64,000 nt of DNA from Neophaeotheca triangularis (GCA_054600435.1 BAAIJX010000007.1:620001-684000), one strand, 5' to 3'; shown: positions 24,102-37,980, counted from the first letter of the stretch. Made by a program: numbers and translations. Notes: generated by a model from the letters alone, not told the origin.

Positions 24102-25816
24102 ATGAGCAGTCTCGCCGGCTTCTTCAACGACAAGAAGCAGCAGGTACGTTCGGTTTGGGCAATATGCCTGTGGAGCAAAGAAAAGAGCGCCCTGCAAGTC
24201 CGCGCACAGTCAAGACCAACGTTGGCTTACCACAGTGTCAATCTCATAGGTAGTGCTGTTCTCGGCCACTGCCATTGCCCTCTATGGCTACGATCAGGGC
24301 ATGATGTCCCTTATCAATACCAACAATGATTACCTCGGGACCATGGGTATAGGAGAAGAAGACCCAATGGTGGGCGTGGTTGTAGCGATATACTACCTTG
24401 GCTGTTCGGTCGGTGCTGTCTTGTTCTCCTGGCTGGCCGACCGGTACGGGCGGAAGACTGGCTTGTTCACCTGCCTGACGACCGCCAGCCTTGGGAACCT
24501 CATCATGTTCGTTGCCGGTCTTGGATACAGTCAGGGCGCCCTTTATGTGATGATAGTAGGTAGGATTGTCATGGGCTTGGGAGTCGGCGGTATCGACAGC
24601 GTGGTGCCCGTCTACTCGTCAGAGCTCTCCTCAGACGGCGCTCGCGGCAAGGCCATGGCGAAAGAGTTCCAAAGCAATATCTTCGGCTTGAACATGGCGT
24701 TTGCGATCAATCTTGGCGTCACGGCCGCTCTGGGCAAGTGGAATCAGTGGGCCTGGCGCATTCCCATCATCGCCATGCAGATCTACCCCGTGTCGTTGCT
24801 GGCTGTGACCGGACGTCTACCAGAGTCTCCAAAATGGTTGGTGCACCACGGATACGAGGAAGGTGCCAAAGAGGCGCTGGCGGCAATCTATGGGAAAGAC
24901 GAGGGCGAGAACAAACACGGGGAGCTGATAGAGAGCAACAAAAAAGAAGACGACGAGAATGTCACTTACAAGGACATGTTTACTCCTTCCCACCCTCAAT
25001 TCCACCCGACAATGATCACTGTCATGGGACAAATCAACCAGGCGCTGACAGGATACGGAGGTAAGACTTGCGTGCTCAATCGCAGCAGCGACTTAATCAC
25101 TAACTTGTTGTCCAGCCGTCTCCGTCTACGGCCCACAGATCTTCGAGCTCCTCGGATACTCCGTCCAGAAATCAGAGTACCTGACGCAAGGGAACTACAT
25201 CTCCTACTTCTTCCTCATGACCTTTGCCTGGCTACTGGTCGACGCCGTCGGCCGCCGAACCATCCTACTATGGGGATCCGCCGTGCTGAGCGCCTGCTTC
25301 CTCCTGCTCACCCTCTTCGGCGGCCTCGCCATGAACTCGCCCGACTTCGGCATCCCTCAAAACGCCGTCGCCATCCCAGGCATCGTATCCCTATTCGTAG
25401 CAACCGGCGCGTTCGGCATCGGCTGGCTCGCGACAATCTGGCTAATCCCGACAGAGATCTTCCCAACCACCGCACGCGCCCAAGGCACAGCCGTCAGCGT
25501 CATCGTCTGGGGCCTGGCCAACTTTGCAGTCACATTGCTCACGCCCATCATGTTCAACAACCTCGACTACTGGATCTTCCTCATCTTCGGCGCCACCAAC
25601 GTATTCGCCGGCGTCTGGACTTGGCTGTACCAGCCCGAATGTGGCGGTCGGAGCTTCGAGGAGAACCAGGAATTCTTCCAGCAGGCCAAGGAGAAGGGGA
25701 CTTGGATGGTCGGGAGAGTCAACCAGGACTTCAAGTATATGCCTTACCCCAAGCCAGATGGTGCCGATGGCGAGACGCAGCCGCTGCTGCAAAGGATCAG
25801 GGACCAGGCGGATTGA
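24102..25816 (+). CDS. MFS sugar porter family transporter. Exons 24102-24143, 24250-25060, 25116-25816
   Basis: LYGYDQG, ADRYGRK, GRIVMGLGVG, PVYSSE, PESPKW, DAVGRR, PTEIFPT..RA, PECGGRSFEE. Introns 24144-24249 and 25061-25115. Confidence 0.92.
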
Positions 25817-26215
25817 TTAGCCTCACTCTCGGCGCATAGACTGTACAGCACAGCGTTTTGGTCTTGTGGAATCTGTGGATATATAGGCATGGGTGGTTGT
25901 CCTGAGCATCTTAGGGGATTGGCGCTTTTCTTGATCATCTCGTAGATATCCTGGTACCCGATCTAAACGCAAAAATGCCGTGAAGAGCAAAAACACTAGC
26001 AACTCCCGCTTTGATTGATCAATTCGCTCCGACTATGTTGACATTATTATCTACGGATACTGCTGAAGCGAATGACTAGTAATCCTACAGTGGGTCCAAA
26101 CAGTAGTCACGGGGAGGGTCGTGCTTGTGACTCAGCGGAGCCTACGCGGGCTGAAGAAGCAGAAGAAAAAAAAAGTAAAAACTGCAACCTCAGAAGACCC
26201 CGCCAAAAGAGAAAT

Positions 26216-26309
26216 CTCCCACGGGTGGGCTTGAACCACCAACCTTCCGGTTGCTTGATTTCGCGAATGAATAACAGCCGAACGCGCTATCCAATTGCGC
26301 CACGAGGGA
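26216..26309 (-). tRNA. tRNA-Asn (GTT) with 20-nt intron (26252-26271)
   Basis: TCCCTCG TG GCGC AATTGGATA GCGC G TTCGG CTGTTA[intron]A CCGGA AGGTT GGTGG TTCAAGC CCACC CGTGGGA G; cloverleaf with one U-U pair in the acceptor stem; T-runs downstream. Confidence 0.93.
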
Positions 26310-26922
26310 TGTGGAGATGGGTCTTTTCCGACGCTCGCACTTGTCGAGTAAGGCCGAGGCCTTGGGTAGGCCGGTGAAATTATACATGACCCACCCAAAT
26401 CATGCTCGATGGGCTCTGGGGCTGACTGTCCGATTCTCCCCAATAGAAGCCGTGTCTCAGGTGGTCGTGACCAGGGCTGAATACCTACCTACCTACCTAC
26501 CTACCACTCGCCTCTTCCCGCCGGCTTTTCTACCTTCGATCCGCGGAGTATACCCGAGAAGCAGACGATGGGCAAGCGCCGCCTTCTCTTTCTCGCGCCA
26601 TTTGCGCGTTCTTTCGTAGAGCCGGATGTCGGGCTTTGGGGGATGCCCGCCGTCTTCTTGATCCAGCGGTTTGCTGCTACCCAGTCGAGGCTCATTGGCG
26701 CAATCTGACCACGCGACCCTTACCTAGAACCACGGCGAGACAGCCTCTTGGTAAGATTGTGCACTTACGCCCTTTGCAGACAAGAAGCAAGAGCAAGCAA
26801 GCAAGCCAGCCAGCCAGCCAGTAAAGCGAGCGATTTCGTAAACTTTCATACCCAAACGAATAGTACAACAACATCGTCCTAGTTAAAACGCTCCACAAAA
26901 CATAGTCCTTTTATGCCGCACC

Positions 26923-28935
26923 TTAGGTGAAACCCCGCTCGTCCGTGACAACCAAACCGGCGATACTGGCGCTGCTGAGAGTGCTGAAGATGCCCGTGAT
27001 GAGCGCGCTGACGGCCACCCTGGACACGTCGCCGGCGCGGTTGGGAGCGATTTGTGACAGCACACCGATCTGTGTGCCCAGAGAGCCAATGTTGCCGAAC
27101 CCACATAGAGCGAAGGTGGCGATGAGGAGGGAGCGGGGAGAAAGGTCCGCGTAGTCTTCGTTGTCTGTCAATTCGACGTAGGCGGCGAATTCGTTCTAGA
27201 TGGGTTGTCGTGTTAGTCGATCTTTTAAATTCAGACTTACCTTCGAACAGGCTTTCATGGGTACTGTACTTACGGCGATGATTTTGGTGCCAAGCAATCG
27301 TGCAACTTTAATGATGTCGTCGCCCTCTCTTGACACGCCCAGGAGGAATGCGATGGGGTAGCAGATGTAGCTGACGATCAGCTGGACAGTAAGAGCGTAC
27401 GGGCCATTGGGATCGAGGCCAAAATAGCCGCCCCACCAGCTCAGTAGACCGTTAACCAGACCTAGGAACGCGAGGATGCAGAGCAGCGTCGCGGCAATCA
27501 TGCCAGCGATTTTGATACCGAGCCATGCGCCATTGGCGAAGGCGTGCAACGCGTTGGCCGCCTTCTCCTCGTCGTCGTCTGGGATGACAACCTGGCCGTC
27601 GGTGAGCGTCGGCTCGGTTTCCGGGTACCGCATCGCGCTTAGAGCGAGGGAAGCTGGGATACTCATCACGCAAGCCGAGACGAGAGCCTGGGGGTTGATA
27701 CCGAGGCCGATGAACGCTACGAGTACAGAGCCAGCGATCGTAGCAAAGCCACTGGCCATGACTTGGTGGATCTCAGCCTTGGTCAGGTGCGGGATGAAAG
27801 GCTTGATCAGCATAGCACTCTCACCCTGACCGACAAAGGGCGTAGCAGCGTTGACAACCGCGACAGCACCAGAGACCTTCATGGACCAATGGAAGATGGT
27901 TGAAAAGTACCGGATGAACCACTGGATGAGACCCCAGTAGAATAATACCTGGACGAGGGCAATGAAGAAAATAATGGGCGGGAGCACACTGATAATGAAC
28001 CAGCCGAAATCTTCGTTAATCTCGTCGTACGTCAGGAATTGAAGGCCATCTTGCGCGAAACCTAGGAGTTCAGTCGCCATGTCGGAGACGAAAGAGAAGA
28101 TGTCGAAGCCAACACCCGTTCGTAGCACGAAAAGGGCTACGATGTACTGCATGAGGAAGCCAACAATGACGGTTCTCCAGTTGATTGCACTCCGGTTTCG
28201 CGAAGATATCCAGAAGCCGGCGATGAGGATGATCAAGCCCAGCAAGCTGATTGCTCTGTTCTCCCTCGTGTTGTCGGCCGACTCCTCAGAGACGAAAGTT
28301 CCAATGAGTATAACGGCAAATGTCAGCCCAGCACCGGCCCAAAGCTGCAGCCTCTCCGGGATCAAAGCCTGAACGCGTTTCGCAGAGTTGTCCCACGACC
28401 AACGCATGGCCGTGCCGATTGGCTTGACAGAAACCCATAATGTTATAAGTCTGATGGTAATACCCAGCCAGACCAAGAACGGAATCACCCAATTCTTCTC
28501 ACCCGGCGCCCCGAACATCACCAGGCCCGCGATCCACCATGCTGTAAAGAGCAGCCAGATGAAGATGTGGACAAAGATCCGATACTTGACGTACAAATTC
28601 GAAAGCTTGTGTGTTCGAGGGTCCAGGGCCTCTTCTGTGCCTTCGCCAGTCGAAGTGTTTGCAGGGCTTACTCCGCCTTTTTCGACGTCTGCGATCGTCG
28701 TTTCGTCGAGTTTGTTCGACCCTCGTCCATGTTGGTTTCGCTGAGTGAGGCTGCTGTATTTCTGATCGTCGAGGACTATGGAAGGGTTATCGGTCGTTCC
28801 ATGAGTGTAAGTGATGTCGTTGTCCGCCTTGGCGTGGTGGAGGTGTTGGTGCTGGTGTTGGTGTTCTGGGTAGAGAGCGGGGTCGTGGGCATGGTTGTGG
28901 GCGTTTGAGCCCAGGTTCGAGTCGTTTGCTGCCAT
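26923..28935 (-). CDS. Concentrative nucleoside transporter (CNT/NupC family). Exons 28935-27274, 27195-26923
   Basis: INWRTVIVG, PPIIFFIALV, ATPFVGQGES, MASGFATIAGSV, MSIPASLALS, TKIIA/NEFAAY, TFALCGFGNIGS. Intron 27196-27273. Confidence 0.93.
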
Positions 28936-30396
28936 TGTTGAAGAGACTAGCAGGCTGCTGTGGTGGTAGGAACGAAACGATACCTCACAAGGCTCTCGAG
29001 GCCGTTGTTATGCGCGCAATGGCTAGATGATAAAGGTCTGTCTTATCGCACACTACATTTCCCGCGAGCTTGGCTTTGAGGCCCTCTAGCGCACTAGCAG
29101 CCGGTTCGAACGGCGCACTTACCTCATACATCATAGTCGGCGAGGAGCGATGATAGGCAGCGTGATATCGCACACGCGACTGGCACGCCTCGACGCCTGG
29201 CAAACATTGGACTTTGCGCCTAATGCACTGCGACCAAGACAAGTGACTTGCAAGCTCCAATGAGCGCTGTGCAATTCGATGCCGGCCCTGCACAAGAGTG
29301 CTAGCTCCACGGCCTTGGTCGAGACCCTGAGTGCCGATCTAGCCTCCAGGAAACGATGGCGGTGGGAGCGTTCGGCTTATCGCAAGCGTGCAAGGAGAAC
29401 AATTTCGAGAGGCCAGGTTCAACAGGTGCTGCGATAACGAGTGTTGGCCACGATGCCCGTCAATTGGGTAAGAAAGCAATTGCATCGCAGGGGCACCAGG
29501 CGCGTGCGTAGAAATCCCCGGATTCGTCCTATCGCGCCGCACACGACGAACTGATACCATCAACGTTACCTACCCAGAAGCGTGATAGTTCACGCCTTGG
29601 CGTTTAGCTAACCAGCCGAATTCAAGGCGGGGGAGGTTCTCATCTTGCGAGGGTCGCGTGCGGAGTGCTTCCTTCGCTCCATGGAGAAATTGGACACGTG
29701 CGTCTTCATGTCCGGGCACGCCGAAGACTTGCGACTCGACGGGAGGCTTTCTTCCGGCAGGTCGCGTGCCCATGGACTTTGTCACTTCGACCCGTGTATT
29801 TGTAGCGCTTCCCAAGATACCGTACTGCCCGCATCACGTGCTCGCGCTGAAAACGAGGCTCCTAAGGCTGCCAGCAAGGAAGATTCGAATGGCTTTCCAG
29901 AGGCTCGTCCTGCGTGCTATCCAGGTATCCAGGTGGGTAGTTAATGTCAGTTCAGCTATTCATGCGGCAAGTACAGAAACCGCTTCCAGGCTCCAAAGCG
30001 TGTTGCAGGCTGTATGCGGCTGACGGCCAGACGGGGAAGAAACTTGCAAAGGGATGCGGACGTCGAGCATGAAATGGGGATGAGGCAGGAAAGTCGAAAG
30101 TAGCCGCAAGCCAGTGACCTGCAGAGCTGCGGACGAATGTAGTCGAGGACCAAGAGATATACATATAGGTAGTCGCCGAAGTTTTAGGCAGTACGCTCAG
30201 CCAAGATTTAGGCGGCCTCGACACCGCAAGCTCAAAGGGGAATAAGTATCGTTCAACACCGACAGCAGGAAGCGCCAAGACACTTTCAATCAATCATACC
30301 GCCTTTGTAAAAGCAGACCCAATACGCCCACGCTAGAACGCAGCAGAAAGCCTTCAATACATACAGAGTGCAGCATCAAGCTCCGCAACCCATTAC

Positions 30397-32229
30397 TTAC
30401 CTCGTCCCCCCTTGCCTGCGACCATCGCTTTCAGCCTCCGTCTCGGTGTCCTCATCGTCCCCTTCCTCCTCATCGCCAACATGCAACTGCTCGTCCCATC
30501 CGTCCGCTTCCAGCGCTACTCCTCTGATGCCGAAACTCATCAGAAAGCCGATCAAAGCCACGCCGCCAAAGACACCAAAAGCGAGCGCCTCACCCTTGGG
30601 TTGCACTCTTGTAGCCGCACTAAAGAGCGCACCGCTGAGAAAGGGCCCGACGGCTCTGCCAGCAGCCGACAGCGTCTGCGCAAGCCCGTTGAGAGTTCCC
30701 AAGACGGCGTGTGAAGGCGCGGAATTGGTGATTAGCAGCAAGGCGGAAGTGAGACCTCCGACCGCCGCGACGGTCTTGATGATCAGGACCAGGCCCAGTT
30801 CCATCCACAGCCAGACTCTACCCTGCGTGGAAGCTGGTTCGTTGGGGGCTTTCGGTTGGCCGGACTTGTAGCCCACCCAGGGCATGAGCAAGAAGGCTAT
30901 GACGAAGCCACCGAGCGACACGCGGTAGGTGATGCGATTGCCGATTTTCTCGCGCAGGCGGCCGAAAATGCCGACTTGAAAGAGGATTGTGATGACGCCG
31001 GCGAATGCGAGAGAAATTCCGATTTCCTCGGGAGAGAGGTCGCGGCCGGTGGGTGGGTGAGCTTGGGCGAATATGGGGTAGAGAGAGTTGTACGAGATAT
31101 TGGAGAGTTGGAAGATGAGGAAGGTGGCGAGGAGAAGAATGGTGTCCCGGTTGAAGATGTCTTTGCGGGACAGGTTATCGGCGTCGTGATTTTGCGGGAA
31201 TAGAAGAGGTGCTGATTCCGTGGACGAGGGGGATGAGGGCTCCGAGACGGAGGATTGTTCGACTTCTTCTACTGCGTCGCCCTGGGAAACTGGTCGGAAG
31301 TAGCCGCGATTACGGCCTTCGGCTTTCTTGCGGCGTAGGTAGGAGGGCCGGGAAGAGGATGTGAATTGCCAGAGCCAGCTGAAGAGGCTGCCCACTCGCT
31401 TACCGAGGGGAGGCAGATTGTGAGCTTCCTCAAGAGACTCTTCCAGGAATAGCATTGCAATAATCAAGTCTAGACCCAGTACCGCAGCGCTCACGAGATT
31501 CGGCAGTAGGTACGGATATGGGTTCGGCTGATCCGGATGAAAAGGATCCTTTTGCATGACGAGCAGTCCACCCACTATCGGCCCAGTAATGCCTCCTATT
31601 CCATAAATGACGGGCAGATAGGTAAAAGCGCGACTCTGGTTGCTCCGATCGGTGATCTCGCCCAGACACGTGCTTATCACGCCTTGATTGCCGTTCACCA
31701 GACCCATCATCGCTTGAACAAGCACTGCCTGCCACAGCGTCCGGCAGAAGCCAAACGCAACAAAACAACAAGCCGTGAGAAAGGTGCCCGTGAGCACGAT
31801 GGGCTTCCTCCCTATCCTGTCGCTCAGCCAACCCCACAGGAAGTTGGTAGCGAATTGGGCCAGCGCAAAACTCGACGCTATCAAACCAACATATAGCCCT
31901 ACCTCGTTCTCGTTCACGTCCGGGAATGAGGATGCCATGGCAGGCAGATAGGGCGAGATGCTGTTCAACGCCGTCTGCTCAGCCAGCGCAATGACGGCCA
32001 GAACGGCCAATTGGCCTCGGGGAAGAGGCGACTCATGGTGCGACGAAGAGGAGGAGCCGCGTCTGCTCCGTTCTGGACTCGAAGTCGAGGAGGGTTTGTC
32101 AATGCCCGACTGTTTCGGAGGCGCTGTCGGAAAGGTCTGGTAGTGGAGGGTTGAAGACTGTCTTTGATAGAGGGTAGGCTTCTTGTGCACTGGTGGTCTC
32201 AAGCCATCTGCGCCTGGAGTGGACGGCAT
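30397..32229 (-). CDS. MFS transporter (ZIFL/YCR023C-like), single exon
   Basis: SISPYLPAMA, GWLSDRIGRKP, GEITDRSNQSRAF, GTLNGLAQTLSAAGRAVGP; many hydrophobic segments. First in-frame ATG after the upstream stop is at 32229. Confidence 0.88.
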   Translation of the reverse strand: MPSTPGADGLRPPVHKKPTLYQRQSSTLHYQTFPTAPPKQSGIDKPSSTSSPERSRRGSSSSSHHESPLPRGQLAVLAVIALAEQTALNSISPYLPAMASSFPDVNENEVGLYVGLIASSFALAQFATNFLWGWLSDRIGRKPIVLTGTFLTACCFVAFGFCRTLWQAVLVQAMMGLVNGNQGVISTCLGEITDRSNQSRAFTYLPVIYGIGGITGPIVGGLLVMQKDPFHPDQPNPYPYLLPNLVSAAVLGLDLIIAMLFLEESLEEAHNLPPLGKRVGSLFSWLWQFTSSSRPSYLRRKKAEGRNRGYFRPVSQGDAVEEVEQSSVSEPSSPSSTESAPLLFPQNHDADNLSRKDIFNRDTILLLATFLIFQLSNISYNSLYPIFAQAHPPTGRDLSPEEIGISLAFAGVITILFQVGIFGRLREKIGNRITYRVSLGGFVIAFLLMPWVGYKSGQPKAPNEPASTQGRVWLWMELGLVLIIKTVAAVGGLTSALLLITNSAPSHAVLGTLNGLAQTLSAAGRAVGPFLSGALFSAATRVQPKGEALAFGVFGGVALIGFLMSFGIRGVALEADGWDEQLHVGDEEEGDDEDTETEAESDGRRQGGTR

Positions 32230-32899
32230 TACACGAATGCGCTTCGTCGGATCGGTGTTGTACAAGGTCGCCGGCTGGGTGTGAGAGTATAGGTCTACTG
32301 GAGGTCGTGCTGGCTACCGAGCCATGATACAGGGGCGAGGGACGGATCTAGAGAAGATTTAACAGACAAGGTCGGTGTCGCGGGGACTGGTGCGGTGGTC
32401 ACGGTGTCGGTGGTGCTATGGTTTTTCCTGTCGTGGTGGTGCTATGAAAACTTCCACCAGCGTTCAGCATCTACAGCACTAGTGACGTCCGATACCGCTC
32501 CAGCCACGGCTACCTAGGGAGCCTAGGTACCCGCCAGATACAGTAGTACTGAGTAGGTGCCTTAGGTACCCACGCTTTGGGGTTAGGCCGCCTTGGCCGC
32601 CCCTAGTGGTCTCGCGATTGTTATCAATCATTGATGATGTAGATCGATAAAGATGCTGTAACTTTCATGTGCTACCTAAGGTAAGGTACCTTACCGTACT
32701 GCCAATTACTGCAAGAAGCGTCTTGGTTGCTTGCTCTAGCTACTACTCACTTACTCTTCAGCTTGGTACAGCTCATCATCATTCAATTCTCGTCAAGCAA
32801 TAAGGTAGTCTCGCCTACTCTAGATTTCACAGCAATCAATCGCTTGTCGCAACCTCTATCCCCTCTCAACAGATTCATGCGATCAACAAAATAGCAACA

Positions 32900-35800
32900 A
32901 TGCCTCTCCGGGCACCAGAATCCTACGAGCTGGAAGACGACCACAGACCCCTGAACCAGAGATCGCGCAACTCCTTGGACGACGCCTTCAATTCAGAAGA
33001 TGGCTCAGATATCGGCGACTTCGACCCACTAAAAGGCGAACGAGCCTACACAGACGATGCCTCCCAACCCCTCCGAAACTTCGATTCGAACAAGGAAGAT
33101 GGCTTCTCGCCCAAAAGACCTTTGGCTTGGCTCGACGGGCAAAGAAGAAAAGGCACGTGGCAGAGATGGCTCATTCCCAGCAGATTTTGCTGCTTGTTGA
33201 TCGGGCTCTTCTTCTTGACGTTGCTGATGCTGCTAAGCGCGGGAGGCATATGGGTTTACAAGGCTGGCAGTCCCAACGAGGGTCAAAGTGCGCCCTGGTA
33301 CCCGAGTCCTCAGGGAGGTAATTCGCAGGAATGGAGAGAGAGTTATGACAAGGCGGCGAGCTTGGTGGATCAAATGACGCTGGTCGAGAAGGTCAATGTC
33401 ACCACCGGTATTGGCTGGAGCATGGGCTTGTGCGTCGGTAACACTGGCCCCGTCGATCGCTTGGGGTTTCCGAGTCTTTGCTTGCAGGATGGACCATTGG
33501 GATTGAGGTTCGTTGATAATGCTACGGCTTGGCCTGCTGGTATTACCGTTGGCGCGACATGGAATAAAGAGTTGATGTACGAGCGCGGTAAAGCACAAGG
33601 GTTGGAGGCCCGCATGAAGGGTATACACGTTGTTTTGGGCCCATCAATGGGGCCGATTGGCAGACTACCGGCAGGTGGAAGGAACTGGGAGGCTTTTGGC
33701 CCGGATCCTGTCCTCCAAGGTATCGCGGCGGCACAGACAATCAAAGGGATTCAAGACGCTGGTGTCCAGGCCACAGCAAAGCACTACTACGGTAACGAGC
33801 AAGAGCACTTCCGGCAATCGTGGGAATGGGCGACGCCCAATGCCATATCGTCCAATATTGACGACCGAACCGAGCACGAGATATATGCTTGGCCATTCGC
33901 TGAGGCGATTAAGGCTGGTGTAGTAAGTGTCATGTGTTCATACAACCAAGTCAACAACAGCTATGCATGCGGCAACAGCAGGATGCTGAACGGAATCCTC
34001 AAAGACGAAATGGGATTTCAAGGATAGTGAGTGTTGCCCTCAGGCGGACTGATGTAGATGGAGGACTTTCAACTAACGCTCACACAGCGTACAAAGCGAT
34101 TGGTTGGCTCAACGGTCTGGAGTCGCCTCTGCACTGGCTGGGCTTGACATGAGCCAGCCTGGCGATGGTCTCAAGTGGATGGATGGTAAACCGCTATGGG
34201 GTTCGGAGCTTACCAGAGCAGTGCTCAATGAATCTCTCCCAATGGATCGCCTGAACGACATGACGATGAGAATCGTTGCCGCTTGGTATCAAGTGGGCCA
34301 AGACAACGAAACCATGTGGCCCAAAGATGGCGGACCAAACTTCAGCTCTTGGACCGACGACAAGGTAGGACAGCTGCATCCAGGGGCGTCAAACAGCGAA
34401 GAGACCGGCGTTGTAAACAAGTTTGTTCAAGTCAGGAATACCACAGAGGGAGGCGATCACGACATTCTAGCCCGCAAAATAGCCAGAGAGGGTATAGTCC
34501 TTGTCAAGAACGATGACGACTTCTTGCCACTTTCCCGTAACGGTACAGCCGCCGCTGTAGCAGCTTCAAGGAGCGGTAAGATGAAGGTCGGCATCTTTGG
34601 CGAAGACGCATTTTCAAACCCCAAGGGTCCCAATGCTTGTGAGGACAGAGCATGTAACGACTATACGCTGGCCTCAGGCTGGGGCTCTGGGGCCGTCGAG
34701 TTCCCGTACCTAGTCTCTCCGGCTGAGGCACTGCGTCGAGAATTTGATTCGAAGACTATCTCTGTTACTCGGGTAAAAAATAACGAAGACAAGCGCATCG
34801 ATGATACCGCCGCAGAACAGGACATGTGTTTGGTGTTCATCAACAGCGATTCTGGCGAGGGTTACAAGAGCTGGAACGGTGTTAGAGGTGACCGCAACGA
34901 CTTACATGCACAAAAGGACGGTGATGTTCTTGTCCAAGAAGTTGCCGGGAACTGCGACAAAACAATAGTTGTGATCCACACGGTCGGTCCGCTGGTGCTC
35001 GAGAAGTGGATTGACCTGCCCGGTGTCAAGGGCGTACTCATCGCCCACCTACCCGGGCAAGAGTCAGGAAACGCTTTAGCAGACATTATTTTCGGTGACG
35101 AAAACCCCTCGGGCCGCCTTCCGTACACCATCGCCAAGAAAGAGGAGGACTACGGTCCTACAAGTGGTATCCTCTACTACCCCAATGGCGTGGTACCACA
35201 GCAAAACTTCAGCGAGGGCCTATACTTCGACTACCGCCACTTCGACAAATACGACATCACGCCCCGTTACGAATTCGGCTACGGCCTAAGCTATACAGCC
35301 TTCAAGCTCTCCTCCCTCACCGTCCAATCCGAGGGCCTCATCTCTCCAGTCCCCGCCGAGCGACCCATCCCAGGCCCCTACCACGCCCCGAACATCAGCA
35401 CCGCCCTTCCCTCACCCTCCGAAGCGCTCTTTCCCCCAAGTTTCCGCAAACTCCAGAACTACATCTACCCCTACATCACCTCCACCTCCTCGATCAAGAG
35501 GGGAAAATATCCCTACCCCGCCGGCTACGACCTTAGCAACCCGCATCCTCTGTCTCCCGCCGGCGGCGCTCAGGGTGGGAACCCAGACCTCTACGCCAGC
35601 GCGGCGACGGTCAAAGCCACTGTGACCAACACAGGCACTCGTGCCGGCAGCTGTGTCGTCCAGCTTTACATCTCGCCCCCGCAGAGCGTGAAATCCGCTT
35701 ACACCGGTCAGGAGATGGACATGCCGGTGAAAGTGCTGCGTAACTGGGCTAAGATTGCTTTTGAGGAGGGTGAGGAAGAAAGGGAGGTGGAGTTGGAGGT

Positions 35801-35942
35801 TACGAGGAAGGATTTGAGTTATTGGGACGTAGGCGCGCAGAATTGGGTCGTCCCGTCGGGGGAGTTTACTGTTTGGGTCGGTTTCAGTTCGAGGGATTTG
35901 CCTGGGCAGGAGACCTTTGTTGGTGTTGCTGGGGATGACTAG
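32900..35942 (+). CDS. GH3 beta-glucosidase with N-terminal transmembrane anchor (BglE type). Exons 32900-34026, 34088-35942
   Basis: TM segment, then LCLQDGPLG, GRNWEAF, KHYYGNEQE, MCSYN, spliced GFQGY/VQSDW nucleophile motif, GSGAVEFPY, PGQESG, FGYGLSYT. Intron 34027-34087. Confidence 0.95.
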
Positions 35943-37942
35943 GGTTGAGGGAGGGAGAACATGAAGGAGGAATTGCAATTGTAGGAATCAGTGTTGTTAT
36001 TGACTATACGAGTGATATTTACTATTAATCATGCTTCGTGTGTAATTATAACTCCCGTGCCGGGGCTGCAAAGGTTTAGTTGATATGCTAAATCGTGTGT
36101 ATGCAATATGTTCTTCACCTCTTAGCGCTTGCGCCTGCTGCCTTATACCCCTTTTATTCACGTTGGAAAACATAAATCGGCTCGTAACCTCAACAGCACA
36201 AGTCGCACAAGCGTCAACCTTTGCAGGATGCATACAAGCGGAACAAGGGAAGTTCCATTACCAGAGGTTCCATTACCCGAAAGGTGAGAAAATCGCACAA
36301 ACTCTCACCCTAAACGCCCAGCTCATCTACAACGAACTCATCCGCAAGAGAATCATGCACACTCCTAGAAGATACTATCGCTGCCAGCGAGCGACAACGC
36401 ATACGGTAGGTAGTACTTCCTAGCAAGCAGCGCTTCCACCACCGACCCCACCAACAATCATCCCCTACAAGCTAGAAGTGCCGCTCCCAGCGGTAGAATA
36501 CTTTCAGAACACTCACGACAGCGCTCGGAAGGAACTCCGAGGTGTACTAACAGCAGAGACAGCGCAACAACGTGGTCATGATCTTCTTATTAGTCTTGCA
36601 GCAGAGCCAAAGACGGTCTCATGCAGGCACAAGGCGCGTAAGCGAAATTCCCACATGGGGTGATCTCCAGTTATTAATGATTATTATATGAGCTGAGACG
36701 AACGGGTTCCTGAAAACGTCCTCGGGTTTTCCTTTGCTTCGGCAGCTGAAGTTTGCCCAATGTTATTGAATGCCCACCTGCACCCTGGTCGCTTTGTCTG
36801 AGGCTTAGCATTGGACGGCCACGTGGATTTGCGGGTTTGGGGAGATTATTGGTTGGGGTAAGGTATGAATTGAAGGGAAGGATCAGATGGGTGCGTGGAG
36901 GGAGTGCAGCGCACGCGTGGCAGGAAGACGGTTAGATGTACTACTGGTCACGACTTCTGGTTCATGTGGAACGCGATGAGACAGCTGGTTATAGTCAATT
37001 TGGATGGGATGTTCAAAGCGAAGCGGACGGGCTGTTCCGACGTCGACGACTTTTTATTAGCCACGGAAAGCGTGGTAGGCAACGTTTTTCTTCTTCTTTT
37101 TTTTTTTTGCCCAGTCGAGAGAGGACGAGATGCTTGTTCAAAGAGGTGCATGGAGAAAAGGCTGGGACGGGTACCTAGACTGAGTTCTTGTGTTGCTTGT
37201 GGAGGCTGGAGCATGTCACTACCTAAGCTATCCCGAGCCGCCTTATCGTTGCGGCATCCCTGCTGCGCCTTCTTGGCTGGCGGACACGGTTGTAAGTTTT
37301 AGCGGAAGAACCGTCGCTGTTCCTGAGTGAGCGCTGATCCATCCTTATTCCGTGTGTGTAGGACTCACTCAGGAGGGATGACGACCGCGTTCGCTTGCAG
37401 GGAGGAAGGCGGTGATCAAAGCAGCACCGCAGTCGCTTTGACTGGTCCTGATCGAGGTTGAGGGATGCGAGGCAGTGGTGCGATGTTTTCAGCAAGCGAT
37501 TTCTTGGTCTTCAGGGGTCGGGGAGATAGGACCAGGCAGATGTAGGGACATGATTGAGTCTATTATAAGAAAGCAGGGCGTGAATACAGCAGCCATGATT
37601 CTGATGTGGCTACGACAAGCGCACGTTGTGACTGGTGCTTCGGTGAGACCATGTCGGATAATAATGTGCTTGCTGTCGTGCCTTGGTTTCAGAGTCCACG
37701 TACTCCTAGGTAGAGACTCATAGAGCCTTGGGAAGGGTACTTGGCTACTTTACCTAGTAGTAGTACCTAGGCTGAGTGAAATGATCTGGGGAAGGCGACG
37801 GTCCACCCGTTCAGTGTCGGAGGGCATCACTTGTCAACGAAATTCAATCGGCTGATTTAATATGGTGGACGCGCTGTCGCCTGAGTGAGACGGACAACGA
37901 GTCGTGGTCAACCTCAATTCCTCAAAGCCACGGCCATGCTGC

Positions 37943-37943
<1 letters not shown>

Positions 37944-37980
<37 letters not shown>

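Noticed and set aside
28936..29600. TPP riboswitch upstream of the nucleoside transporter
   Set aside because: No TPP aptamer core motifs are visible.
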